Source: Thelocarpon superellum
Taxonomy: Eukaryota
Reading direction: 5' to 3'
NCBI GenBank assembly: GCA_026025795.1
Contig: JAPEUG010000004.1
Coordinates: 1-64,000 of the forward strand
DNA: 64,000 bases
Shown here: in pieces, positions 13,753-25,433 of the stretch
Layout: each line of letters opens with the position of its first letter
Position numbering within the stretch: the first letter of the stretch is position 1
Position numbers and translations under genes: made by a program
Notes under the pieces: model-generated
Told to the model about the DNA's origin: nothing
Database searches by the model: none
Seen by the model: the letters and a program-made list of their open reading frames with translations, nothing else

Positions 13753-14448
13753 GTGGGTCTGGGGAGAAGTGGTATTGGCAGGGAGCGGTGTAGAGTGACA
13801 GTGGAGTGCTCCACTGAGTCCTCAATCGAGGTTTTGTCAGAGTACATGTATGGTACGAGCACTCTAGAGACTAGAAATCAGCAGCCGATACCTTCCGTTT
13901 TGATGCGTGAAAATCAGGACAATAGAACACTAGGATGTTGTCGATGCTGTCCATGGCAGATACGAGGACAAAGTCGACGGAGTATGATGGGGAAGAGCCT
14001 GAGCGAAGGTTCTGGTGATTGCTTTAACTACTGAACCTTGGCTTTCCGTGGTCTTTGGTCGCTGGTTCGTCGCCAACTCCCGCACACATCAGTAGCCGAG
14101 ACGACGAAGCGTGGAGGCTCAGATACGAAGTTTCATTTTCGTAATCGACGAGGACTTTGGAGTACGTCCGGAGTAGTATAAACACATACTTTTCACAACC
14201 AACGTTCTCTCACCATAACGCCGCAGTGGTACAGAGGTGGGCAGGACTGCGTTCACCATCCTTGCCAACGACGCAACAAATCCCCTTTACCTTTCGCATC
14301 CGAACAAACTGGCGGTCCAGGCGGCAACAATGGTGAAGTTCAAAGCAGATGATCAGGATGGCGACCCTTGTCCACGAAGAGGCCATCAAGCTTCGTCAAA
14401 CAAGACTAGAAAGGCTTCAGGAGACTGAGACACACGCTCCCACTTGCT

Positions 14449-15845
14449 TCACACGCGATCGCTTCCCTCCAGATGCACGACTGTCTCCACATTGATCCCC
14501 TCCGCGGGGAACAATGCGGTGGGATGATCGTCGACATCGACCATAGCCTCCTCCTTTCGTTGAGCCTGCGCAAAGGAACCAAGCCGATCGACGCGGGAGA
14601 CTTGCGGGTCTCGGAATCCAAGGGCAATTGTCGAGCCCTTGAGAGATGGCACCCTGTCTCCTTGATCCGTCTTGGAGTTGTGCTCGCCGGTTTGGCGCAG
14701 GTATCCTCCGGAGTAGGCGGCGGTACTTCTGGGGCTGGACAAACGGCGAAAGAGGATTGGCAAGGTGGCTGAGCAGGCGCACACAATGGCAAGGATAAGT
14801 TCGGACCCCATCCAATAGACGACGTCTGCACTGCTGTCTGTAGCATAAGTTAGCGATGACGGGGTGATAGGACTCGTTGGATACGAAGCCATACAGGTAA
14901 TATCGAACGGGTTCTGGTGGATAGCGTAGTAAAGCCGAATGCACGTTGCCGCAGTGACCCTGTTCGATAGCTTGTCAGCACCAAACAGCCTGACGGAGCG
15001 GAGAGAACCCACACTATGCCAAGACCGAAGAGCAGAGAAAGGCCGAACTTTTGCGAGGCTGGCATATGAAGTCGCCAGACCATCGGTAACGGCATCAACA
15101 GGATGATCAAATCGGTTAGGATGAAGATGGCCGACGCAAACCAGTAGGTGTCGTCGAGGTTGACACATTTGCCTGGCTCAAGGAACTCCCACTGCTTCTG
15201 GATAGGGGTGCATCCAAAGGCATCGACGAGGACCAAGGTCAATGAGAAGGCGCTGAGGAAGCCGATAAGAACATATGATATGATGCGAAAGGTCCGCACG
15301 ATGAAGATGCGGATGTACAGCAGTAGGATGGAGCATTTGATCAGCTGCAAACTGACGTCGTAAAAAATGCCCCAGATGTAGAAGGACTGGACGGGGCCAA
15401 GATTAGACGAGTCAGGGACAGGCGGAAGGCAGGGGCGATGGGTACCTTGAGGGTGTAGGTGACCTCGTCAGGTGTGGTGGCCAGGACGTGTTTTCCAAGA
15501 CCACCATGTGATACTGCCGAGCGTCAGAGGGGTCGGGCGGGCCTCAGGTGTCAGGGGCTGCCCACTTTGCAGAAAGATAGCTATGAACTGCCCATAAACG
15601 AAGGCCTTGACCGGGAATTAGTCTTGAGCGTAAGAGGACGGAGGATGCAGTCTCACGAGAGCGGCGACGATGGTCCAGTCATCGGACCTGAGCGGTGCTT
15701 TGGCGACGAGGCGCGAGGCGAAACGCAAGACCACGAACAAGGTCGAGACCACGAGTCCGACTGTTAGAAAGGCGATGAGGCCAGGAGCCCGGCTGTCGTT
15801 GATGTGGGCAGTCTGATACTGCACTTCTGCTGGAGGGAGACTCAT
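14449..15845 (-). CDS. PTH11-like (fungal rhodopsin-domain) integral membrane protein lacking CFEM; multi-exon
   Basis: INDSRAPG..VVLRFASRL..LRSDDWTIVAAL, KCSILLLYIRIF, CTPIQKQW, DLIILLMPLPMVWRLHMPASQK, ELILAIVCACSATL. Confidence 0.88.
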
Positions 15846-17536
15846 CTTGTCTGGACAAGCAGTCGCGAGGTACAGACGATGTCACAGAAACGAACGGTCA
15901 CACCTATTGCCCTTCGATGACCGTCATCCCATTGATATATACCTTGCGAAGCTGGCTGGTAGCGAGAATGCAGGAGGCTTATCTCGACCAGGACCTGCCA
16001 TCGGCGTCCCTTGAGGCAACACAGATACGACAGGAAGTAGATGGGTGTGGTTTGGCCCACTCTCCTGCAGGTGGCATTATTACGGTTCGCGTAGTGTGTG
16101 GGATTTTAGTGTGCCGCACGGCAAGTCTTCAGGCCAGTGGCTGGCGCTAGGCAGGCCGGCCGCCCCCGACCCGTCCGGTAGCGAGCACTTCCGCTGATTG
16201 GAGACCAGCGGATCCACCTAGTCATCTTGCTCCACAGGCTGCGAATCGGAAGCGGTCCCTGCTTTTCCGTGCCAGGGCGGCCCCCACTACATCACGCCAG
16301 GCGCGGCCAGCAATCGAAGGAGCAAGAGTAGGAGGAGCAGAAGTACGACGGCTCCCAACCCGGTCCTCCTCGTAAGTATGCGAGATTCGCATCTGTATGC
16401 GTGTTATTACGTTTGGGTAATTGGACTTGACTCCAGCAACTTGGACAAAAACGGCGCTACTCATGCGCATGACATCAGGGATAGGAGGAGAATCATGCCG
16501 TAGTCAGAATAGTATTCCCACGCTCCAGTCCGATACTCGGAGCGTGAGAACGAAAGGCTCGCTTGGTTCCTCTCAGAATGAGTTTTCGTACCTTGCGTTC
16601 CTCTCCCTGCGTCGGCTCGTGTCGTTTTGGTGGCGCCGCATGGTAGGTGAAGAGGCCGCTTCATTGTTTCCAGGAGCTATACATTCTATTCGAGAAGTCG
16701 ACCTTGTGCTTCTCTTCGTCCTTCATTCTTCTTGGCGGAGGTTCCGCCATGTCCGGCTCTTGAGTTCTCCGCAAGGGCTACCGACGCTTGACAGTCAAGA
16801 CAGTGCCGCGAAGGGTGTGTCAAGGACCTCACGTCAACAACGCTAGCTGTGTGCACTTGTGGAGGACCGGTTCAGGCGTACGACCCGTAGTGGCTGCCCC
16901 CACTGGCGACCACGAGCCATGTCCATGGGGCCACGGATCCCACGTGGACTACAATAGATCTCATGGCACGTTCGCGCTCACTGGCCTACGGGGAGGCCGT
17001 ACCTTCGTACCGTGGGCAGCAATGAATATCTGTGGCAAGCGTGGCTAGCCCACGTCTCCCATGCACTAGTGACTCTTAGCTTTCGCGCGGCGTACGATAT
17101 CTACTGAGCTGGTCGAGCTCGCTCTGCCGGACGGCCGAGCAGACGCGGCGGCGCAGAGCCGGCCCGTGGATGACATGTCTGCTCGCACCAGCAGAGCCGG
17201 CGGGTTAGTGGATGGCCAGCCTCGTAGACATTAGCGTCTCAAGCGCGCTGCCCGTCTGACACCCGAGGCGCGCCGGTCGAGCTCACGGATAATGGCGCCT
17301 CGTGGACGGACCACAGACGCTCTTGCCAGACGGCATCCATCGCGTCCGCGCAGGCGATATTGGCTCCCGCCGAAAGAACGAGAGCGAGCCAGCCCTTATT
17401 TCTCCAGCATGGCCCCCCAAGCTCGTGAGCCTGTGCCACAGGCGACACAGCCTGCTCTCTTCACAGCCTTCCATCTCTCTCTGCTATCTTCGCGTCCAGC
17501 ATCGCCGCCGTCGTCATCTGCTGCGCGCCCTGCACC

Positions 17537-19407
17537 ATGTCTCTCTCACCCGCCGCCTTCAGCGCCGCCTCGTATGACTATGTCATCGCCGGTGGCGGTA
17601 CTGCTGGGCTCGTGCTCGCCGCGCGGTTGACGGAGAACCCGGCCATCTCTGTGGCCGTGGTTGAAGCCGGCGAGGACCGGTCGGGGGATCTTTCCGTCAA
17701 TGCCTGGGGTCTCACGGCCAGCATGCTGGGCAACCCGCTGTACGACTGGGCCTTTTCAACGACGCCCCAAGTAAGCGCTCCTCACCCAGCTCCGCACTCG
17801 CAGGACGACTGACGACGGTGGGGTCAAAGACGAGCGATGACAACCGCGTCATCACCTGGCCTCGTGGGAAGATGCTGGGTGGCTCCAGTGGGACCAACTT
17901 CTGGTATTGGAACCGGGCATCGCAGGAGGATATCGATGACTTTGCCGAGCTCGGCAATGACGGTTGGACCTGGGCCGACCTGCTCCCGTACTATCTCAAG
18001 TCAGAGAAGTACTTTGCGGCCCCTGCACAACAGGCCAAAGACCTGCAGATCGACTATTTCAACCCCGCCTTGCACGGCACGAGCGGCCCCATCGACACCT
18101 CCTACCCTCCGATATACAATATCATCGGAGAGTCGTGGAATCCAACCTACAAGAACCTTGGCCTGGCCAGCCACGGCGATCCGTACGGTGGCAACACGAC
18201 GGGCAGCTTCACCACGCTGATCTCGCAGAATCTCCAGAATGTGTCGCGGAGCTTTGCGACGACGGGATACTACAAGCCCAACGCCCACAGGCCGAATCTC
18301 AAAGTGCTCACTGGCGCGCTCGTCACCAAGGTGCGCTTTGCCACGCCCAGCTCCAAGGGCGCCCCACTGGTTGCGACCGGGGTGGACTTCACCGTCAACG
18401 GCACCCTCCATACCGTCAAGGCCAAAAAGGAAGTCATCTTGAGCGCCGGAGTGACGCAGTCGCCGCAGCTACTTGAACTCTCCGGTATTGGAGGCGCCGC
18501 GCTGCTCAAATCCTTGGGCATCAAGGTCCTGGTTGCCAATGACAATGTGGGCGAAAACCTGCAGGACCACCAGTTCACCAGCCTGGGTTTCACGGCCAAC
18601 CCTGGCGTACCCACCGCCGACGTCCTCAACGATCCCGCGGTCCTGCAACAAGCCATCACGGATTATACCACGAATCGTACCGGCCTGCTGACCGAAGCGA
18701 CGTGCAGCACCGCCTACTTGTCCTTTGCCCAGCTTCTCGGCCTCTCCTCCACTCCTCCCATGCCCGCGTCGGCCAGTGCGCAATCGGCCAGTGCTCAATT
18801 CGCCGCCCCACCCGGCCGGGCCAAGCAGTACGAGCTGGTGCTCAAGAAGCTGCTCGATCCGCAACAGCCCTTTGCGCAGGAGATCTACACCCCGCAAGGT
18901 CTCAACTTCCCTCCCGTGCCCGGCGCCTTCATCACCTTGTTTGGTCTCCTTAGCCACCCTTTTTCCCGCGGCTCGATCCACATCAACTCGACCGACCCTA
19001 CGGCGTACCCGGTCATCAACCCTCAGTTCCTGTCGAACCCGCTCGACGTTGATATCCTCGGCACCATCGCCCTGCACCTTCAGAAGGTCGCTCGGACGCC
19101 GCCGCTTTCCGACCTGCTGATGGGGAATGGCACTGTCTATGCGCCAGGCTACTCATTCATCACGCCCGCCAACGTTTCGCAGCACGTACGCAATACCTTG
19201 GGCGAGTTCCAGCATCCAACCGGCACATGCGCCATGGAGCCGCAGGATCAGGGCGGTGTCGTGGACCCGCGACTGATAGTGTACGGCACCCAGAACCTTC
19301 GCGTGGTCGACGCCAGTGTCATTCCACTGCAGCCCGTCGGCACCATCCAGAGTCTGGTATACGCCATTGCGGAGAAGGCAGCGGATATCATCAAGCAGGC
19401 TCAGTGA
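17537..19407 (+). CDS. GMC (AA3) FAD-dependent oxidoreductase; start may lie further upstream
   Basis: YDYVIAGGGTAGLVLAARLTE..VAVVEAG, intron near 17771, WPRGKMLGGSSGTN, VGENLQDH, HPTGTCAM, LRVVDASVIP. An in-frame hydrophobic stretch precedes the ATG (LSAIFASSIAAVVICCAPCT), a possible signal peptide. Confidence 0.93.
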
Positions 19408-19489
19408 GATTTGCCATCGCGTCGCCATCAGCGTCCCGAATTGTACTCTTCAGCACCGAAATGTAGCTTTTTAATGTCCAGTACCACTT

Positions 19490-20110
19490 CTAGTCGTAGT
19501 ACCACTTTGAGTCTTCAGAAGCACTCTTGGCTTGATCACACATGCATCGGCCCTTGCCTCATGCCCGCTGGCCTCGTATCAAGGTCGACTCTGGTCTGTA
19601 CTTGTCGATTCTACGTTCAAGCTCCCTGGCCGCGCCCGAGCCCGTCGAGCTCAATCTTCTTCCAGCAGCGGCTTGGACCACTACATCGCAGGGCCCTATA
19701 ACGAGAGCTCCAAGACGCCACGCCTGCGAGAGCGAGCAGCAACGCTGCATGAATGTGACTTTCTTCAACATCAGATCAACGGGCACGCGATTTGGCCGTG
19801 CCGACCGTGCCACGCCGCCGCCGCCGCCGTCCTTCGAGCACCCAGAAGCAGAAGTTGTAAAGGAGGCGGACGGCAAAGGTCTTCAACGCCTCACCTGGGT
19901 CTCGGCGGGTGTGATTGCAGTATCTGCCATCGCCGCAGTTAGGGTCATTCTAAAGCCGCCCGGAGGAGGAAGGGGAGAGGTTATGCAACTCACGCCTCCA
20001 AAGGCCCTTGTAGTCGAACCTGGAGAGCTTGGGGGCCATCGTAGTCGTCTCTCCACGTGCCGTGGAATAGATCAAAGTCCTTCATCATCTGGAGGTGATA
20101 TTCCGGACAT
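19490..20110 (-). pseudogene. Degenerate N-terminal fragment of a DUF3435-type (Starship captain-like) gene
   Basis: Manual translation across an intron at 19924-19993 (GTGAGT..CCCTAAC..CAG): PEYHLQMMKDFD..DDY..|YCNHTRRDPGEALKTFAVRLLYNFCFWVLEGRRRRRRGT, then frameshifted GPMHV and VLLKTQ..TTT. This resembles my recollection of the PEYY/YC..DP/LYNFFDWLL/M.VED N-terminus of DUF3435 proteins. Confidence 0.55.
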
Positions 20111-20625
20111 GATTCGCATCTTCCCTCTGAGTCAGAAGCTCGTCTTGAAAGCCACCTGGATCCTTGCCGACCGACAGTGACGGCGACAGTGCTGTCTCGT
20201 GGTTCATCATGGTGGTGCGTCCGCTAGCAGAGCTTCAAGCCGACGATGGAGGCCTTCAACCAAACGGTGAGGGGCCATGGCGGCGCCAGGGCGCGGGGTG
20301 TACGCCCGCGGGGTAGCCGCGGCGTTGCGCTGACCCGTGGTCCGTCCCCGCGCGCGCTCAGGGCGGCCAGGGGCCGTGTCTGGTGCCGTTGGCCAAAGCC
20401 CGGCGAAAAGCGCGGGGCTGGCTCCTCCACATTCGGCGGTCATCTTGCCGCTCTGTCGACTGAGCTTATCAATCGGAGCATTATGAACACGGGATCAATC
20501 GAGGATCAGTCGTAAGGGAAAGCTCGACTGAAAGTGAATGAATAGTGAGAGATCTTAGATCGGTGCTAATGGTGTACAATGCATTTCTATCATCCCGCAC
20601 GTAAGTTGATCACTATCCGTGAACA

Positions 20626-20666
20626 GTCATCGATGCCATCAGGTCATCGATGCCATCAGGTCATCG
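20626..20666 (+). repeat. 17-bp tandem repeat GTCATCGATGCCATCAG, ~2.4 copies
   Basis: Directly visible. Confidence 0.9.
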
Positions 20667-20781
20667 GCTTCTCTCGTCTCCCTTTCCATCTGTCCACGTT
20701 ATTCGACATCTCGCTAGCACACACCAAACTCTGGATCATTCGGCATTCATAGTCGCCCTTTGTCGACCATGACAACCGAAG

Positions 20782-21618
20782 ATGATTAAAGTTGGCGACG
20801 GCATGCCCATTCTCACCCCCACGACGCCGTCAACAACGAAGAAAGTCATGGAGCACGCAAACGAGACGAACGAGATGAATGAGAACGACGATGGAACCGA
20901 GAAAGTAAACATCGCCGACGCAGACGAGGATGCAGATCAGGATGAAGACGAAGAAGCACAAGCACAAGCACAGGCAGCAATGGCACTCACCATGGGATTT
21001 TCATCATTCGGGCAACCCACCGTGTCTCCATCCTCCGCTGCATCCCGTGATGGCAGTGGAGGTGACAAGAAGCGGAGGAGATATAACGATTATACCTTCG
21101 TTGCCCCCTCGGTCTCTTCTCCTGCGCCTCCTCCCCCCTCTACATCTACGCCTTCGAGCACTCCCGTCGAGCCCACCTCCGTCGACGGAGCGAGGAAGAA
21201 ACACGCCAGACCCGACAACCCCGCGCGCAGCGGAAGCAATGCCATGCCCCTGGGGGGGAGCAAGACGCGGGGTCCGAGTCCACTGGAGGGGGAAGGGGAG
21301 AGGAAGGGGAGTGAAGAAAAGGAAGATCCTCCAGCCTCAGCATCAGAGCCGGCACAAGCGCCAGCGCAACACGGATCGACCAACCAAGTCAACGCAGGAC
21401 CGGCCGCTTCCCTTCCATCCCATCCTCTGCCGCCTCATCCATCTCACGCACCGTCCATGCAATCGCCCCACACACCATCCTCGCGCGTCCTGAATAGACC
21501 CCATCAGCGAAACGGCGTATGGCAAGGCAACGCAGAGCGTGACGACGGCGGGTACTACGATGCTAGCTTTGTGGAAGATCCGTGGCTTTCGTTGCGTGGG
21601 CGTTCGCGTGGCTCTTGA
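20782..21618 (+). CDS. Low-complexity fungal protein with MGFSSFG and YYDASFVEDPW motifs
   Basis: Single 278-aa ORF; acidic N-terminus, AMALTMGFSSFG, Pro/Ser-rich linker, C-terminal GYYDASFVEDPW. Confidence 0.75.
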   Translation: MIKVGDGMPILTPTTPSTTKKVMEHANETNEMNENDDGTEKVNIADADEDADQDEDEEAQAQAQAAMALTMGFSSFGQPTVSPSSAASRDGSGGDKKRRRYNDYTFVAPSVSSPAPPPPSTSTPSSTPVEPTSVDGARKKHARPDNPARSGSNAMPLGGSKTRGPSPLEGEGERKGSEEKEDPPASASEPAQAPAQHGSTNQVNAGPAASLPSHPLPPHPSHAPSMQSPHTPSSRVLNRPHQRNGVWQGNAERDDGGYYDASFVEDPWLSLRGRSRGS

Positions 21619-23004
21619 TCCCTTTTCGCTGCTTGCTGTTGATTCACTTCCGGCGTGCTTGATATTCACTCATCGCCTTCCAAGCACTGCTTGATCAAGG
21701 GGGAAGGATAAAGCTTGGTCCTTCTCTAGTCTCGATACCCTTCCTTCCTGTGTTTCTCTTCAAATCCTCTACGCTTCTATTACATCCACGCCGTGAAGAA
21801 TACACAACTCTCACCTTTTTCCATTGAACTAGTCCATTTCAACTCCTTTCTCAAGCGATCAACCAATGAGAGAAGCTGGGAAGAAAGAAAGAAAAAAGAA
21901 AAGGTAATGGAGATCGAGAAGGTCGACGGCTACCCTATCAACTTCTTTCCCCCCTCCACTCCTGTCTATTCCTCCAATCATTCCACGCCTATTCATGTCT
22001 ACATATACCCTAACCCTGCTCTCGTTCTTACTCATTTTCCTCACTCCCCCCTCCCCCACTCCCCCCCCCGTGACCTTCTTCTCTTAGCATCCTGTTCTCC
22101 CCCCCTCCCGGTCCCGCTCTTCCCAACACGGCTACTCTCTCCACTGGCTTCTTTTCGTTGCCAGCAAAGTTGCCAGGCTCGTAGCTACCCTCCTCTACGA
22201 GCCCCACCTCGCCCCTCGACCGGCCCAATCACTTCCCACCCTCCCTCTACCCCGTCCACGCCCGCTAGCTAGCGTCGCTGCAGAAACACGTGTAAGTGAC
22301 CTACCGACACACACAGAGACTGTTCCCTGCCCCCGGGAGAAGCTAGCTAGGTCGTGACTGGACGCCTGTCGGACGGTACTGCGACGCACCGTGCCGTGGA
22401 TGCGGGTGCCGGCGGAAGTTACGGCAGCTGTAGCCGTGGCGCCCGCCCGCGCACGATTCCCATTCAGAAAGCTGCAGGTCTTGCATCGTAGCGGCGGCAC
22501 CGGGCCGTTAGCCGTCGTTTAGCAAACCCGGTAGAGGTTGCATATGAGGGTCCGTCGTAATCGTGGGGGTGGTGTCAGAGGGGTCGTAAAAGCAGCGAGG
22601 GCGGCGGAACTCGCATCACGATACTTACTACGCTCTCGTCGCTTCGCTTCCGCCCCGCCCCGCCGACATTTCCACTCCGCTCCGCTTTCTCCTCTTCACT
22701 CCACTTGCCACCACCACCACCACCACGACGAGTATTCTCCACACCGGCACAATGGGTCAGTAGGGGAAAATAAAGGTAAAGTGAAATAAATAGATGAATA
22801 ATAGATAGCTCCCCCCTCCATTCCTCCCTCCAAGTCCCCGTCAGACAGTGAATTAAGTACAGAAAAAGGAAATGGACGGGAGAGAAGATCAAGTAAACGA
22901 GAAAGACAAATGCGACAAGGATCATGGCGTCGTAAAGTTGAGCGAGAACCAGAAAATCATCAATCGTGAGTTCATCTCATCATCGACATTTCCTTCTATC
23001 CCCT

Positions 23005-23711
23005 CTAACAGTCGATAGGCGAGGGATAGCGAGCTTTAGCAATGGCGTATTCGACGCCGTGCTTCTTCTGGGCCTTGGATTTGAGAGCCCTGTATGTCCA
23101 GTCAGTCGTGGTAGGCCCATCTTCTCCACGTCCTCCATGGCCCGGACTCACGAAACGCGCTTCTGAGTCCAGTCCAGATCCCGTTTGACCTCCTTGGCCG
23201 CCTTCATGCCCTCGGAGAAATTGGAGCGACTGGCGGCAATTCGCCGTTGAGCTTCGGCTTGCAACGAGAGCAGTTCGCGATGTTTGGCGTTGAGCGCGCC
23301 GGAACTATCGACCCTGTCAATCTCCGTCTGCTCCGCTTCACCTCTTGCGGCCGGCACTCACGTCTGAGCTTGGGTGGCCAGACTGCGGTCCAAGGGCAGC
23401 GGATCAAACGATCCCGTGAGACGATCGGAGAGTAACTCCATCAGGTCGATGCTGGATCCGCCCGACGAACTGGCGCTGTCATACTCGCTGGCGCTGGCGC
23501 TCCCGGCGTAGCTGCTGGAGGTGGCGGAGTTGCCGAAGGATGGGACCCCCGACGACGCCGTCGTGCTGTGGTCGCTTGCTTCGGGCGGAGACACGGACGT
23601 GTTGCGATAGGTGTGGTTCTGCGCCGTGGCCGGGGAGTAATACGCCGACATGGGCTTGGACGACATGTTGATGGGGAGGGTGGTGGAGGTGAAGTACTGG
23701 TGAGAAGCCAT
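23005..23711 (-). CDS. KXD1: KxDL-domain BLOC-1/BORC subunit; 3 exons
   Basis: IDLMELLSDRLTGSFDPLPLDRSLATQAQT|SGALNAKHRELLSLQAEAQRR..KEVKRDLDWTQKRVS|ALKSKAQKKHGVEY; contains the KxDL motif (KRDL). Confidence 0.8.
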
Positions 23712-25412
23712 GGTGACGGTGTTGGTGACGGTGACGATGACGACAGCGACAGCGACAACGACAACGACGACGATGATGATGATGAGGGTACGTGTTCTCA
23801 AACGTTCAAATAACACAAGGCAAGGTCAACTGCGTGCGGGCCGGCAAGGATTGAAGCTTGATAGATCTTTGCTGAGCTGTCAAGACGGCCGGGCCAAGTT
23901 TGTATGAGAAGTAGGTGTCCGTGAAGTTTGTGAAGAAAGGAAGTAGGAACCCTTGGCTCAAGCCGGACATTGACCACCTTTTTATACCCGTCCGGCCCCC
24001 TCCCTTGCACTTCTCACCCCACTCTTCCTCTTATCTCTCCCCCTCCCTCTCATCTGGGATTTGCCACTTGGGGGGAGGGAGGAGGCGGAGTGCTCCACAA
24101 TCATCCCACCATCCCACTCTCCCCCCCAATCAACCCCGCTCCGGATTGACTCTGCTCACCGCGATGGCGTGCGAACTAACGCGTCTGTCGGCCATGGTCA
24201 TCCGCTCATCATCCTGTCAGAAGGCGTAGTGACCCATCGCATCGGGGCAGATCCCTGTCAGGAGCCGGCTCTGGGGCTGACGGGAGCGGCAACCCTTCGA
24301 GGCCGATTGGTCCGAACGCTGCCATAGGCTTACATCTGGGAAGAGGGAGGGGGGAGGCGGAGAGAGGAGACGGGGGAGGATCATAGACCTTGCTTCCTTG
24401 GCTCCTTGGCCCGCCCTTAATCGCCCCCGTCGTAGTCATAGTGGTACATGCCGCAGGCGCAGCGTTGATCTAGTCCCGGCGGAGATTGGCGGGAAAAAAG
24501 CTGCAGATAGTGCGGCGCGTGTGCGTGTGTGCGTGGGCAAAGGGGAGAGGCACGACCGAGCGGACTCCGGAAGTAGGGGGGCGGTGGGCGGTAGGCGGTG
24601 GGCAATTGGTGCATCGGAGGAAGGGAGGGGGTTAAGGGCGGCCAGAGTCATATCGATGATAGCCGATGTCCGTCGTTGCCAAGTCTGGCACTCACGCTCA
24701 TACGCTGGACGAACCATGGCGTAGGTGAGCGGTGGTCGACTGCTTCGGCAGAGCGGCGTGCGGCGGGGCAACGAGAAAATCGAGCGCGCGAACCAAGCGC
24801 GATGACCACTACGACGCTCCTCCCAGCGTCAAACCCCCGTCATCCGTCCGCAAGACGGGGAGATTAGAGCGGCGATGGGCGCGAACCCGGCCTACCAGAC
24901 GACGACTACTAGTCTAGTATGTCACCGTCCTCGTACGTATGAGAGCCAGCCCTTTCCACCTCATCTCATCATCTCCACGCACGCTGCGTCATCCCCACTA
25001 CGCTGACCCCCTACTATGACCCAGACGGGAACGTATGAGGGAATAGCCCCGGAGCGGGCGAGGAAGGGCCGAGGGAGGGAAGGGAGGGGTGGGAGGGGAA
25101 AGGCACAGGAAGTCAATTGGATTGGGCCGATGGGTGATGCGTGTGTGAAGGAACCGTGGATCCGTGGTTGACCAAACCCGCCAGACGACACCGTCGTGTG
25201 TGCCTTGGGCTTAGTGGGATTAGGTGGATTAGTGGATTAGTGGATGATTGCGTGGTTCCATCCGCTGGCAAGGCCAGACAGTCGCTCGGCGGAGCCCGCA
25301 ACAGATTCGCGCCGTGTGGGTGCGCGAGCGCCAGAGCGAGAAGGAGCGCGTGCGCGCAGCCTGCGCTTGTCAAGTGGCATTCTCCACCAGCCCGGGCGAA
25401 GCCGGTGGGTGG

Positions 25413-25433
25413 GTGTGTGTGTGTGTGTGTGTG
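25413..25433 (+). repeat. (GT)n microsatellite
   Basis: About 10 GT units, directly visible. Confidence 0.9.

Noticed and set aside
14139..20515. TCGTAA at 14139 and 20510 as direct repeats of the first accessory interval
   Set aside because: Too short, with no supporting inverted repeat.
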